The notes under the pieces were generated by a model that saw only the letters and a list, made by a program, of their open reading frames with translations, was not told the origin of the DNA and made no database searches. From IMG/VR virus record IMGVR_UViG_3300030117_007285, positions 1 through 64,000 of that record: DNA of 64,000 nt, one strand, 5' to 3'. This DNA is from an uncultured virus (IMG/VR IMGVR_UViG_3300030117_007285). Taxonomy: Duplodnaviria > Heunggongvirae > Uroviricota > Caudoviricetes. Numbering within the stretch: position 1 is the stretch's first letter; every line of letters starts with the position of its first letter. The translations under genes were made by a program, and so were the position numbers. Below, one piece after another: positions 21,811-31,966 of the stretch.

Positions 21811-22740
21811 ATGGCGTTTCTAGACAATTCAGGTGATATTATATTAGATGCTGTGCTTACTGATGCTGGCAGAAAAAGACTAGCTCGTGGCGATGGCTCA
21901 TTCAATATCGCACAATACGCTTTTGGCGATGATGAAATAAATTATGGCAGTTATGACGCTACGAACGTTAGTGGGTCAGCTTACTTTGATTTACAAATCC
22001 TACAAACGCCGGTTCTAGAGGCGTTTACAAACAACATTGCCTCATTAAAAAGTAAACTTATAAGCTTAACAAATAATAATTTACTTTATTTACCAGTCAT
22101 TCTATTGAATGACACTGAAGGTCAGTCTTTTTCTCCGAACACAAATATTGCTTCTGGTTCACATGCTGTGCTTGTTGACAAAGACTCAGTGGATACTTTT
22201 GGATTTAATTCAACAACAGCAAATATTGAAAGATATATTAATGGGTTTGATGGCCCTTCCGGAGACAACAATGGAGGGTTCATACGTCTCGACCAAGGAT
22301 TAGACACAGTAGAAATCAGCAACGCGTTCAATTTAGATGCAGAGTTAACTGAAAACCAGTATATTGTTGAGATCGATAACCGCTTTGGATCTTTAGTTGA
22401 CGAAAATGGAAATACAGTAAATCCATCTTTTATTGATGATGATAATATTGCTAGCTATTATCTATCGACAGCCCCGTTTGTTAGTAATTTAAGTGTTGTC
22501 GTCGAAGGGGCGGGTAATGATAACCTTAGCGTTATTGATGGTCCAAGAGGAACAAAATTACAATTTTCTATTTTAGCATCTTTAAACTTAAGAACTTCAC
22601 AATTTTTATTCGATCAGGTTGGAGATACTGCGACATATAATTCTTTCTCGTTTAAATTTATAGATACTTTAGTGAGAGTTAACGGTGCTACAACTGGGTA
22701 CAGGGTTGATGTGCCTGTGAGATTTATTAAGAAAACTTAA
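21811..22740 (+). CDS. Putative baseplate/tail-fibre attachment structural protein
   Basis: 309 aa; GGAG SD and upstream ACTAATTATA motif; LTDAGRKRLA N-terminal motif. Confidence 0.6.
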   Translation: MAFLDNSGDIILDAVLTDAGRKRLARGDGSFNIAQYAFGDDEINYGSYDATNVSGSAYFDLQILQTPVLEAFTNNIASLKSKLISLTNNNLLYLPVILLNDTEGQSFSPNTNIASGSHAVLVDKDSVDTFGFNSTTANIERYINGFDGPSGDNNGGFIRLDQGLDTVEISNAFNLDAELTENQYIVEIDNRFGSLVDENGNTVNPSFIDDDNIASYYLSTAPFVSNLSVVVEGAGNDNLSVIDGPRGTKLQFSILASLNLRTSQFLFDQVGDTATYNSFSFKFIDTLVRVNGATTGYRVDVPVRFIKKT

Positions 22741-22751
22741 AAGGAAATAAC

Positions 22752-23819
22752 ATGGCTTCTACATTTAAGAATTTTGCAGCATCAGATGTTGCCACAACAA
22801 GAACGCTTCTACACGAGGCAATTCCCGTAACGGGGACAATTGTTTCCGGCACATACGCTGATGAAAACATTAAATACTTTAGCAGTGGTTTATTCACCGC
22901 AGTTTTTGATTACCCATTTTTAAGCTCCTCCGCTAATCACATTTTTGATATCACGGCTGGCTATGCTTCTGGTTCAGATTTTTCGGATACCGAGAATGTG
23001 CAAAACCAAAAGAAAATTAATATATATAATCAGTTTGCACAAGTGCTAGTACCATACGATGTTACTGGCAATATTCAACAATTTGACCAAGACGGCAATA
23101 TCGCCGGCGGCGGAACCAAAATGGATTCGGCTTTCTTTTTAACTTTTGGTAGATTGTTAGCAAAAGACGAAATTAAAAAAGGATCTTTTAGATTTGATTT
23201 GTTTTCCAATAACGCACTCGGAGCCACTACTGCCGGCGACCGTGGTGGGTCAATAACAATAGGTGATTATGGCGCCGCAACAGTATTTAAACAAAATTCA
23301 CCAACTGGTGAATATGGATTGCTTTATACCGGTTCAGGCGATGCAGGAGATTCCAGTAAATGTATAGGTCACATATATTATCAAGCTGGCGCAGTTGTTC
23401 TTACCTCATCAGTCCTCGACGCCGCCACGCCGACGATGACCACGGCCTCTGTTATGTCGCAAATCGGCACAGGCTCCGCAAAAGATCTTTTTGTTTCAGG
23501 TACGATTGATGAGTGCGCGAATGCAATCAGATACGCATACGGAAATATAGACTTTAATAATACGACTGAATTAAATTCAACTGTTTATTTCTGTAGGGCA
23601 AACACTTCTGAATATAATTATAGTTCAAACCCGACTTATTTAGATTCTAGTAAGATTGTTGTTAAGGGTGATAACGCATTTGCAGAACCAGTGTCTTATA
23701 TAACCACAGTTGGTCTTTATTCCGCTGATAATGAGTTATTGGCAGTGGCAAAACTATCTGAGCCTCTCAAGAAGGCCCCAAGCAATGAACTAACTTTGAG
23801 GGTAAGATTGGACTACTAG
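22752..23819 (+). CDS. Putative virion structural protein (paralogue of 23835..25049)
   Basis: C-terminal YITTVGLYSADNELLAVAKLSEPLKK..LRVRLDY and internal IKKGS shared with the next gene. Confidence 0.6.
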   Translation: MASTFKNFAASDVATTRTLLHEAIPVTGTIVSGTYADENIKYFSSGLFTAVFDYPFLSSSANHIFDITAGYASGSDFSDTENVQNQKKINIYNQFAQVLVPYDVTGNIQQFDQDGNIAGGGTKMDSAFFLTFGRLLAKDEIKKGSFRFDLFSNNALGATTAGDRGGSITIGDYGAATVFKQNSPTGEYGLLYTGSGDAGDSSKCIGHIYYQAGAVVLTSSVLDAATPTMTTASVMSQIGTGSAKDLFVSGTIDECANAIRYAYGNIDFNNTTELNSTVYFCRANTSEYNYSSNPTYLDSSKIVVKGDNAFAEPVSYITTVGLYSADNELLAVAKLSEPLKKAPSNELTLRVRLDY

Positions 23820-23834
23820 TATTGGTTAATTTAC

Positions 23835-25049
23835 ATGTCCAGTTATTATAAATTTAAAAAAAACGATAAGATCGTTAATTACATTACTTCTTACCCACAC
23901 TATAAATTTTCTGTGTATGACGCTAGCGTTTATTTAAATAACCAAGCTTCATACAGCGGGTCTTTCACTGATGAAATTGGAGAGGTACCGTCTGGTTTTA
24001 TAAGTCTTTACGAAATGAACGTTGATAGAGACTTTGCTGCGCATACTTTTGATCCAGACACCGAAACAGGTGTAAAATCAAAAATATTTCCATTTATAAC
24101 AAAAGATTCTAGTTTAAACTCATTTGGAACTGTTACGTCCACAGATTGGAATCAATTTACATACGGCACTGTATTGACTGGCGCATATCCGTTAAGTGCG
24201 TCGATCACTCGTGAAGGATTTGCAGAGGGTGATTTAACAAGACCCCACATCACGGCGCTAAAAAACACATTAAATTATTATAAACCACTAAGTCCGCATT
24301 ATCAATTTTCTTCTTCTTTGGGGGATAAATCTCAACAGAGGTGTAACTTGATAAGTATTCCCTCTATATTTTTCGGAAAACAAATTAAAAAAGGATCAGT
24401 AAAGTTAGATTTTTATCTTTCCGGCGCTTCGATAGCCACACTAGAAGATGTCTATAAAAATGGAACGCTGGTACAAACTAGCGGCACTGCGTATGCACAA
24501 TCACAAGGATCCGGCTCAGTGGCCGGCGTGGTTTTATACAATGAGGGCTTCATGGTATTAACTGGAGCCTGGAACTTAGATCCGGATGCCACGCGTGACA
24601 TGGGTAGTACAACCGAAACTGCTAAGTGGGTTAATTTTGCTGTTGGCTGTAATGATGAATTTACAACTAATAATATAACACCTTCGGCTAGTTTTGACAT
24701 ACAGTTTAGAGGCACAACAGTAACTCCAACCTTAACCATGTTCGCTCATGCAAACAAAAATGATTTAAATTATTCAAACAATCCGACATTCATCGACAAG
24801 ACAACAGTATCAGACACACCGTTTGCTTTTAGCTCTTCATCTTTTATAGAGCAAAGTAACATGAAATTTAAGAATACAATTAGCTCGTCCTTCTCTACTT
24901 ATTCGGGGTCATTTAAAAAACAAACATTTATAAGTAAAATGGGTATATATGATTCTAACAAAAACTTAATAGCTATAGTCAACCTGGCCAGACCAGTTAG
25001 AAAAAAAGAATCTGACGAATATACTTTTAAAATTAATCTAGACATTTAA
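23835..25049 (+). CDS. Putative virion structural protein (paralogue of 22752..23819)
   Basis: C-terminal FISKMGIYDSNKNLIAIVNLARPVRK..FKINLDI; NYSNNPTF versus NYSSNPTY. Confidence 0.6.
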   Translation: MSSYYKFKKNDKIVNYITSYPHYKFSVYDASVYLNNQASYSGSFTDEIGEVPSGFISLYEMNVDRDFAAHTFDPDTETGVKSKIFPFITKDSSLNSFGTVTSTDWNQFTYGTVLTGAYPLSASITREGFAEGDLTRPHITALKNTLNYYKPLSPHYQFSSSLGDKSQQRCNLISIPSIFFGKQIKKGSVKLDFYLSGASIATLEDVYKNGTLVQTSGTAYAQSQGSGSVAGVVLYNEGFMVLTGAWNLDPDATRDMGSTTETAKWVNFAVGCNDEFTTNNITPSASFDIQFRGTTVTPTLTMFAHANKNDLNYSNNPTFIDKTTVSDTPFAFSSSSFIEQSNMKFKNTISSSFSTYSGSFKKQTFISKMGIYDSNKNLIAIVNLARPVRKKESDEYTFKINLDI

Positions 25050-25062
25050 GGAAATTTAATAT

Positions 25063-25575
25063 ATGATATTAGGATTAGATATAAGCACCAGTATAACTGG
25101 TTTTTGTATCTTAGACAGTGAGGGCGAAATAATACGCGCTGATGTTTGGGACACAAGAAATAAAAACAAATTTGAAACATTTTTTGATAAAATACAATTT
25201 ATCAAAGATGGCCTACAAGAGATTAAAGTTCAATACCCGATTCAGCATGTTTATATAGAAAAGCCATTTATGTTTTTTGGTTCAGGAGGTTCAACAGCAA
25301 AAACAATGGCAACACTCCAGAGATTCAATGGCACCGTTTCTTGGATTTGTTATGAAACTTTTAAAAAACAACCGACCTATTTTACTGCACAACAAGCAAG
25401 AAAGCTAAATGAGATTAAAGTTACCAAAGGTAAAGACACAAAAAAACAAATTTTAAAATGGGTGCTTGACAAATACCCTGACTTTAGTGTAGAATATACG
25501 CATAAAGGTAATCCAAAACCAAAATATTTTGATATTGCCGATGCTATTGTAATCGCTAAAGCAGGGAATAAGTGA
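25063..25575 (+). CDS. ruvC: RuvC-like Holliday junction resolvase
   Basis: ILGLDISTSITG, VYIEKP and DIADAIVIA acidic catalytic motifs of the RuvC/RNase H fold. Confidence 0.85.
   Translation: MILGLDISTSITGFCILDSEGEIIRADVWDTRNKNKFETFFDKIQFIKDGLQEIKVQYPIQHVYIEKPFMFFGSGGSTAKTMATLQRFNGTVSWICYETFKKQPTYFTAQQARKLNEIKVTKGKDTKKQILKWVLDKYPDFSVEYTHKGNPKPKYFDIADAIVIAKAGNK
25466..25495 (+). promoter_or_regulatory. Putative sigma70-type promoter for primase and the sbcDC fusion
   Basis: TTGACA-18 nt-TAGAAT inside the 3' end of ruvC, about 75 nt before the primase GTG. Confidence 0.55.
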
Positions 25576-26498
25576 GAAGTAAAAACAATATTTTAACAGA
25601 AGTTCTTGGGTCTGGGTATCAATCCAAAGATGAAACACTTTTTAGCTGTCCTTTCTGTAAACATCACAAAAAGAAATTATCCGTCAACATCAACAAAGGC
25701 TTTTTCAAATGCTGGGTGTGTGATACAAAAGGCGGCATATCTTATCTTATAAGAAGATTTGGGTCTATTGATGATCGACACGATTGGGCTGTATTAGATC
25801 AGGAGGTTGATTTCTCTACTATGGATTTGATATTCAACCAACCAGAAGAAAAATTACCTCCTGTAGATATACCACCAGAATATATTTGTTTAGCAAAGAA
25901 AGGCTTACCTCCTGCTGCCAATGAAGCCATATCTTACTTATGGTCGAGAGGCATAGGACAAAAGGATATTATATATCACAAAATAGGATTTTGCTTGACA
26001 GGCAAATATAAAAAGCGTATAATAATACCATCCTTTGATGATGAGGGTAATTGTAATTACTTTACAGCACGGTCATACAGTGGTGATTGGTTGTCTTATA
26101 AAAACCCCCCAGCGTCAAAAAATATTATTTTTAACGATCTTTTGGTTAATTGGGATGAGCCAATAACTTTAGTAGAAGGCCCTTTTGATGCTATAAAGAT
26201 GAAAAACTCGATTCCTATTCTTGGATCGACCCTAAAAGAAACAACAAGATTATTTAAAAAAATTGTTGAAAAACAAACAAAAGTTTACATTGGTTTAGAT
26301 GAGGATGCATTAAATAAATCAATGAAGATTATATCTTTACTTCTTGAATATGGACTAGATGTCTATAAATTAGACACCTCAGATATAGAAGATATTGGGT
26401 CTATTACAAAAACAGAAGCAGAAGATTTAAAAACAAACGCAAGTCAAATTAATCTAGAAAGTATTTTTAATATTTATTGGAGCATGAATGAGCTATAA
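25572..26498 (+). CDS. DnaG-type DNA primase (zinc finger + TOPRIM)
   Basis: CPFC..H...CWVC zinc-binding domain, RIIIP, VEGPFDA and LDED TOPRIM motifs. Confidence 0.9.
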   Translation: MRSKNNILTEVLGSGYQSKDETLFSCPFCKHHKKKLSVNINKGFFKCWVCDTKGGISYLIRRFGSIDDRHDWAVLDQEVDFSTMDLIFNQPEEKLPPVDIPPEYICLAKKGLPPAANEAISYLWSRGIGQKDIIYHKIGFCLTGKYKKRIIIPSFDDEGNCNYFTARSYSGDWLSYKNPPASKNIIFNDLLVNWDEPITLVEGPFDAIKMKNSIPILGSTLKETTRLFKKIVEKQTKVYIGLDEDALNKSMKIISLLLEYGLDVYKLDTSDIEDIGSITKTEAEDLKTNASQINLESIFNIYWSMNEL

Positions 26499-29400
26499 AA
26501 TCGCCCATATCGCAGATACACACATAAAAAATCTAAAATATCATACAGAATATCGTGAGGTTTTCTCTAAGCTTTACAAGCACTTAGAAGAAGAGAAAGT
26601 AGATTACATTGTACACTGTGGAGATATTGCACACTCTAAGACAAACATCTCTCCAGAGTTTGTTAAGATGTGTTCAGAATTTTTAAATGGGTTAAGTTCT
26701 GTTGCACCGACCTATATAATACTCGGCAATCACGACGGTAATTTAAAAAACAGCAGTCGTGAGGATGCTATTACTCCAATAGTCGAGGCCTTGGATCTTC
26801 CAGACCTTCATCTGTTGAAGAATAGCGGAGAGGTAAAAATAAATGAAGAAATATGTCTCAACGTTCTTAGCGTATTTGATAGAGATAATTGGAGAGATCC
26901 TACCGACTATAATGTTATTAACATTGGTTTGTATCACGGGTCTATTTCAAATTGCCGCACGGATGTCGGCTGGACAATGCAGCACGGGGAAAACGAGATA
27001 TCGATCTTTGACGAATTCGACTACGCCTTTTTAGGCGACATCCATAAAACAAATCAAGCATTAGACGACGCAGGAAAGATACGGTATCCAGGTTCTACTG
27101 TTCAGCAGAACTTCGGAGAGACGAATGATAAAGGTTTTCTTATTTGGGATATTCAAGATAAAGAAAACTTTACGGTGAAGCATGTCGTAATTCCAAATCC
27201 AAAACCTTTTGTCACTATCAATCTAACAAGAACTGGTCGCTTGCCTAAAAATGCAGAGTGTCCCCTTGGTGCTCGAATCCGTTTAGTATCAGAAAATAGT
27301 TTGCCTGTTAGCACAATGAAGCGCGCCATGGATGCAGCAAAGCATAGGTTTAAACCAGAGAGCATTGGATATCTTAATCGCTCTGCTGGTCAAAGAGGCA
27401 ACGTAGAGGATCTAGCAACTGATGACGTAGAAGAAAATCTACGCGACGTTACCGTGCAAGAAAAGCTTATCAAAGAATATCTTAAAGACTTTGAACCTAC
27501 AGACGAACAGCTAGAGGCAGTTTTCAAGCTTAATCGTAAGTGCAATGCTACATTAGCTGAGAAAGAAGATGTTCAGCGAAACATCAACTGGAACTTGCGT
27601 ACAATGCATTGGAACAATTTATTTAATTATGGTGAGGATAACTCTATAGATTTTGATAAGTTAAATGGCATTGTTGGTATATTTGGTAAGAATTTTTCTG
27701 GTAAGTCTTCTGTTATTGATAGCATGCTTTACACCATCTTTAACTCTACAAGTAAAAATGAACGTAAAAACCTTAACATTATTAATCAAAATAAGGAACA
27801 AGCTGACGGCTTAGTTACTATCGACGTTGGACACCAGCGCTATACAATAGAACGTAAAAGTGAAAAGTATGTTAAAAAGCTCAAAGGTGAGGAAACACTA
27901 GAAGCAAAAACAGACATTTTGTTTAAAGTAAAAGATATGGTAACTGATGAAGAAACCATTCTTAACGGCACAACTAGAAATGAAACTGATGCCATAATCA
28001 GAAATCATTTTGGTAATGTTGATGATTTCTTGATGACCTCTATGTCTTCACAGATAGACTCTCTTCGTTTTATTAACGAGGGTTCAACAAAAAGAAAAGA
28101 AGCATTGGCCAAGTTTTTAGACTTAGAATTCTTTGAAAAAAAGTATAAGCTAATAAAAGACGAAGCTGCCGACTTAAGAGGGGCGCTACGGAAAGCAGAA
28201 GATATAGATTATAACAGCGAAATATATGAAATAGAAAAACAAATAATGTTTTCTGAAAATAAAATCGCAGATAAAAATGAGATGTGTGAAACGTTAAATC
28301 AAGAGTTGATGTCTTTACAGATAGATAAAAATGAACTGGAAACAAAGATAAGTTCAATTCCAGCAGAAGTTATTGACATATGTAAAGTTTTGAAAGATAA
28401 AGATAAACAAGAGAGAGATATTGTAACATATTATACTAGCGTAAGCCAATGTAATGCAATACTTGCTGAAAAGAACCAACTTTTAGATAAAATAGCGAAG
28501 TTTGAAGAATCATTTGATGTTGTCTCTGTTAAAAATCAAAAAGACGAAATAGATGAAAAACTTCTTAAAATAAGTAATCTTTTAACAGAGTTAGAAAATG
28601 CAGAGAAACTTAAAGAACTAAACGAGAAAAAAGTAAAACTTCTTGGTGAAGTTCCATGTGGAGATAAATTTAAATCATGTAAGTTTATTAAAGATGCTCA
28701 TTGCTCAAAAGAAACACTTGTTGATCTTGTGGGCCAAGTTCAATCAATAAACAATGAGAAAGAAAAAGCAGAAAAGCTTTTAAACAGATCAAATGAAGAA
28801 AAAATAAACTCTCATTTAGAAAATTATCAAAAGCTAATGGAAAAGCGCAAAGAGGCCGAACGCATTGTTTTAAAAACAGATCTTGAAAAAGGCAAGTGGG
28901 AGAACTCTATATTATCAGCACAAAACGAATTGCAACGTATCAATCTTTTAGTTGATGATTATAACAAAAATAAAAATCTCATTGAAAATAAAGAGACGTT
29001 CACTTTGCAATTAGCAAGTGTGATAAAAGAGATAACCAAAAAGCAAAAGAGTATAGATAAGTGTCGGACTGAATTACAAAGTCTCCATAGAGATAACGGC
29101 TCACTAGCCCAAAAAGTACAGACGCTACAAGAGAAAAAAGAATGGTTGCATAATCTGCAAAATGAGATTACAGCTTTTGATCTTCTCATGAAGTGTATGC
29201 ATCCTAACGGCATTGCTTACGACATCATTAAAAAGAAGTTGCCCATTATTAACGATGAGATGTCTCGCATCTTAGCCAATGTTGTCGACTTCGAAATATT
29301 CTTTGAGGCAGAAGAGAAAAGACTTAATATTTTTATCAAGCATCCAAAGTATGACCGTCGACCCATTGAGATGGGCTCAGGCGCAGAAAAGACCCTAGCT

Positions 29401-29646
29401 GCAATGGCTATCCGTCTTGCTCTACTATCTGTATCATCTCTTCCAAAATCTAACATCTTTATTCTTGATGAACCAGGGACTGCGCTAGATGCTGAAAATA
29501 TGGATGGTTTTATTTCAATTTTAGAACTAATTAAGACATACTTTAAAACGGTCATTTTGATTTCACATCTTGACCATCTTAAAGATTGTGTGGATCAACA
29601 AATTACAATTGATAAAAAAGAGGGGTTCGCACACATTATGATTTGA
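26488..29646 (+). CDS. Fused Mre11/SbcD nuclease - Rad50/SbcC ABC ATPase (T4 gp47+gp46 equivalent)
   Basis: Phosphoesterase motifs HIADTH, CGDIAH, LGNHD, LGDIH, then Walker A GKNFSGKS, long coiled coil, GSGAEK signature, FILDEPGTALD and LISH in one ORF. Confidence 0.92.
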   Translation: MSYKIAHIADTHIKNLKYHTEYREVFSKLYKHLEEEKVDYIVHCGDIAHSKTNISPEFVKMCSEFLNGLSSVAPTYIILGNHDGNLKNSSREDAITPIVEALDLPDLHLLKNSGEVKINEEICLNVLSVFDRDNWRDPTDYNVINIGLYHGSISNCRTDVGWTMQHGENEISIFDEFDYAFLGDIHKTNQALDDAGKIRYPGSTVQQNFGETNDKGFLIWDIQDKENFTVKHVVIPNPKPFVTINLTRTGRLPKNAECPLGARIRLVSENSLPVSTMKRAMDAAKHRFKPESIGYLNRSAGQRGNVEDLATDDVEENLRDVTVQEKLIKEYLKDFEPTDEQLEAVFKLNRKCNATLAEKEDVQRNINWNLRTMHWNNLFNYGEDNSIDFDKLNGIVGIFGKNFSGKSSVIDSMLYTIFNSTSKNERKNLNIINQNKEQADGLVTIDVGHQRYTIERKSEKYVKKLKGEETLEAKTDILFKVKDMVTDEETILNGTTRNETDAIIRNHFGNVDDFLMTSMSSQIDSLRFINEGSTKRKEALAKFLDLEFFEKKYKLIKDEAADLRGALRKAEDIDYNSEIYEIEKQIMFSENKIADKNEMCETLNQELMSLQIDKNELETKISSIPAEVIDICKVLKDKDKQERDIVTYYTSVSQCNAILAEKNQLLDKIAKFEESFDVVSVKNQKDEIDEKLLKISNLLTELENAEKLKELNEKKVKLLGEVPCGDKFKSCKFIKDAHCSKETLVDLVGQVQSINNEKEKAEKLLNRSNEEKINSHLENYQKLMEKRKEAERIVLKTDLEKGKWENSILSAQNELQRINLLVDDYNKNKNLIENKETFTLQLASVIKEITKKQKSIDKCRTELQSLHRDNGSLAQKVQTLQEKKEWLHNLQNEITAFDLLMKCMHPNGIAYDIIKKKLPIINDEMSRILANVVDFEIFFEAEEKRLNIFIKHPKYDRRPIEMGSGAEKTLAAMAIRLALLSVSSLPKSNIFILDEPGTALDAENMDGFISILELIKTYFKTVILISHLDHLKDCVDQQITIDKKEGFAHIMI

Positions 29647-29654
29647 GGTTCTAA

Positions 29655-30857
29655 ATGGCTACGATATATGTTAAAGCATCTGACTCCGGCGCCAGTGATA
29701 GTAATGCCGGTACAGACCCTTCTGCACCGAAAGCAACTATTCAATCTGCAGTCGACGCCGCAGATGACTCTTCCCCTGCTGTGGTCATAATACTGGATTC
29801 AAATACATATAACGAAGCACCACAATTGGGTCGAGATAGTGGATTTAATTTCCAAAGTATAACCATTAAAGGAGATACTGGTCAATTACCGGTAATGGAT
29901 GGTAATGGAACAGGCAATGTCGGCGCTTTTCGTAGTGGTGGTATTCGTGGCGGCGGCATATCCATAAATGTAATACAAAACATTAAATTTATAAGGTACG
30001 GTGGCACAAGCGGTGTATTGCGAGGAGATAACGGCGGCGATGGTGGTACTTATTTGGTTTCTGATTGCGAGTTTAACGCTAATACCACTAATATAATAGC
30101 AAAGACCTTCGGTGACGCCAGCAATCACACTGTTGTAAATAGATGTAAATTTACAGAAAACACTGCTAACATAGTCCAGCCAGCTGGTGATATGTTTTGT
30201 GATTTTATTAATTGTGTTTTTGGGATCCCAGCAGACACCGAGGGAATCAATTTTGGGAATGGACCGACCAACGGCACTGTTCAAAATTGTTCTTTTGTCG
30301 TAAATACAGATATAAATGGTCATTTCATTATTCAAGCTGGTACAATTGAAAACAATGTTATTCAAAATTTAGCGTCTAGCGGCGATCATCTAATTGGTAT
30401 CGAGGCGCATGGTTCAAGATCAAACAATGCTACATTTGGAAATTTTGCTACTGCTCAAACTGGTGGTACAAACGGAGGAAATAATTTAGAAGGACAAGAC
30501 CCTCTCTTTACCGATACTACTCTTAGCAATCCAGATCTTTCAGTGCCCACAAACTCACCACTTATAGGTGCTGGTAAAACAATCGCAGCTATAACTGCTG
30601 ATTTCATTGGTACTCCTAGAACTGTGCCTTATGACATTGGTGCTTTTCAATTTGTATATTGGATGGATACTGATAATCCAGAGGGTGATGAAACAAAGTT
30701 TGGACCTAATGGATTTGAAATAAGATCAACAAAAAGAAAACTTGCGAGTAGAGTGTTTCCAGCAGGAGAAGACAATAGACAGGCACCTTTTTTCACTACC
30801 ATCCAGGGACCTGTAAATATTAGGGGGAGAACAACACCCTACAAAGCAGAAACATAG
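29655..30857 (+). CDS. Right-handed beta-helix (pectin-lyase-like) protein
   Basis: N-terminal IYV..SDSNAGT..APKATIQSAVD, periodic N/C-x-F repeats, and PLIGAG..DFIGTPR..DIGAFQ (choice-of-anchor Q-like) end. Confidence 0.7.
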   Translation: MATIYVKASDSGASDSNAGTDPSAPKATIQSAVDAADDSSPAVVIILDSNTYNEAPQLGRDSGFNFQSITIKGDTGQLPVMDGNGTGNVGAFRSGGIRGGGISINVIQNIKFIRYGGTSGVLRGDNGGDGGTYLVSDCEFNANTTNIIAKTFGDASNHTVVNRCKFTENTANIVQPAGDMFCDFINCVFGIPADTEGINFGNGPTNGTVQNCSFVVNTDINGHFIIQAGTIENNVIQNLASSGDHLIGIEAHGSRSNNATFGNFATAQTGGTNGGNNLEGQDPLFTDTTLSNPDLSVPTNSPLIGAGKTIAAITADFIGTPRTVPYDIGAFQFVYWMDTDNPEGDETKFGPNGFEIRSTKRKLASRVFPAGEDNRQAPFFTTIQGPVNIRGRTTPYKAET

Positions 30858-30868
30858 GAGATGATAAA

Positions 30869-31069
30869 ATGGCAAGAGTAAAACCTTTTTTAGATAAATT
30901 TTTAGGAAGATTTCTTTCTAGAAAGCTCATGGTTTGGATGACCGCAACATGGTTTATGTTAGTAGGCGATGCGTTAACCTCATCTGATTGGGTAGCTGTG
31001 TCACTAGCTTATATTGGAATACAAGGCGTTGCTGATATTGCAGCAACATGGAAACACGGGAATCAATAA
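30869..31069 (+). CDS. Small two-TM membrane protein, holin-like
   Basis: 66 aa; basic N-terminus (FLSRKL) and two hydrophobic segments; AGGAG SD. Confidence 0.55.
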   Translation: MARVKPFLDKFLGRFLSRKLMVWMTATWFMLVGDALTSSDWVAVSLAYIGIQGVADIAATWKHGNQ

Positions 31070-31473
31070 TGTTAACTTTACTAGCAACAAAATCAGCGTT
31101 AAAGAAAGTGTGGGTCTGGTTAAAACATAATTGGTACGTACCAGCCGTAATCGTTTACACTATAGTTCTTTGGTTTTTATTTAGAGATAAGACAAAAGCC
31201 TTAGAGGTCTTGGAGGTTCGTTCAAAAAGTTACGAGGGTCAAATAAAAACAATAGAGGAAACACATAAAAAAGAAATAGAAGCAAGAGATCAAATATTAA
31301 AAAATTATGATAACGTTTTATCTCAACTAGAAAAAGACTATGAAGAAAAAAATATGAAGTTGGACAAAAAGAAAAAACAAGAGATAAAAAAGATAGTAAA
31401 AGAGTTTAATGATCGACCTGACGATCTTGCAAAAACTCTAGCAGAAAAATTTGGATTAGATTATGTGGAATAA
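31069..31473 (+). CDS. N-terminally anchored coiled-coil membrane protein (i-spanin-like)
   Basis: TM WYVPAVIVYTIVLWFLF then charged heptad helix; start taken at the TAATG overlap (ORF track start is 31048). Confidence 0.5.
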   Translation: MLTLLATKSALKKVWVWLKHNWYVPAVIVYTIVLWFLFRDKTKALEVLEVRSKSYEGQIKTIEETHKKEIEARDQILKNYDNVLSQLEKDYEEKNMKLDKKKKQEIKKIVKEFNDRPDDLAKTLAEKFGLDYVE

Positions 31474-31924
31474 AATAATAGCATTGCTTGTTTGTTTTTG
31501 CCTTGTGTACACGCCAGTTTGTTTTGCAGAGGAACCGGCACTACCAAAAGGTAAAATAACCGGTCTTTCAAAAGGAGAGCATGCACCCTACACCGGTGTG
31601 TTGTTAGACAATATTGCTGCAGCAAGAGTTTTTTCAAATAAAAAATATTTTGAAGAGCAATGGCAGCTTAAGCTTCAGTATGAATTGGGAAAACAAAAAG
31701 CTAGACTGGATCTTACTATACAATCTCAAAAAGCTAGCCTAGATGCCTTACAAGAAAAGCACACCACTTTGATGAAGATAAAAGATGACGAGATAAAAAG
31801 ACTATCAGACTTGGCTACTGGGAAAGAAGATTATACAACTTGGTGGACAGTTGGTGGTGTGCTTGTTGGTATTGGCTTAACTATTGCTGTTGTTTATGCA
31901 GTTGATGCTGGAACAAATAGATAA
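31463..31924 (+). CDS. Exported coiled-coil protein with C-terminal TM helix (spanin-like topology)
   Basis: Signal-like MWNKIIALLVCFCLVYTPVCFA, central coiled coil, C-terminal WWTVGGVLVGIGLTIAVVYAV. Confidence 0.5.
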   Translation: MWNKIIALLVCFCLVYTPVCFAEEPALPKGKITGLSKGEHAPYTGVLLDNIAAARVFSNKKYFEEQWQLKLQYELGKQKARLDLTIQSQKASLDALQEKHTTLMKIKDDEIKRLSDLATGKEDYTTWWTVGGVLVGIGLTIAVVYAVDAGTNR

Positions 31925-31948
31925 TATCATTAAAAAATATTCACCTTA

Positions 31949-31957
31949 TGTTATAAT
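31949..31957 (+). promoter_or_regulatory. Putative extended -10 promoter
   Basis: TGTTATAAT in the intergenic gap, 9 nt before ATG 31967. Confidence 0.45.
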
Positions 31958-31966
31958 GAGATACAA

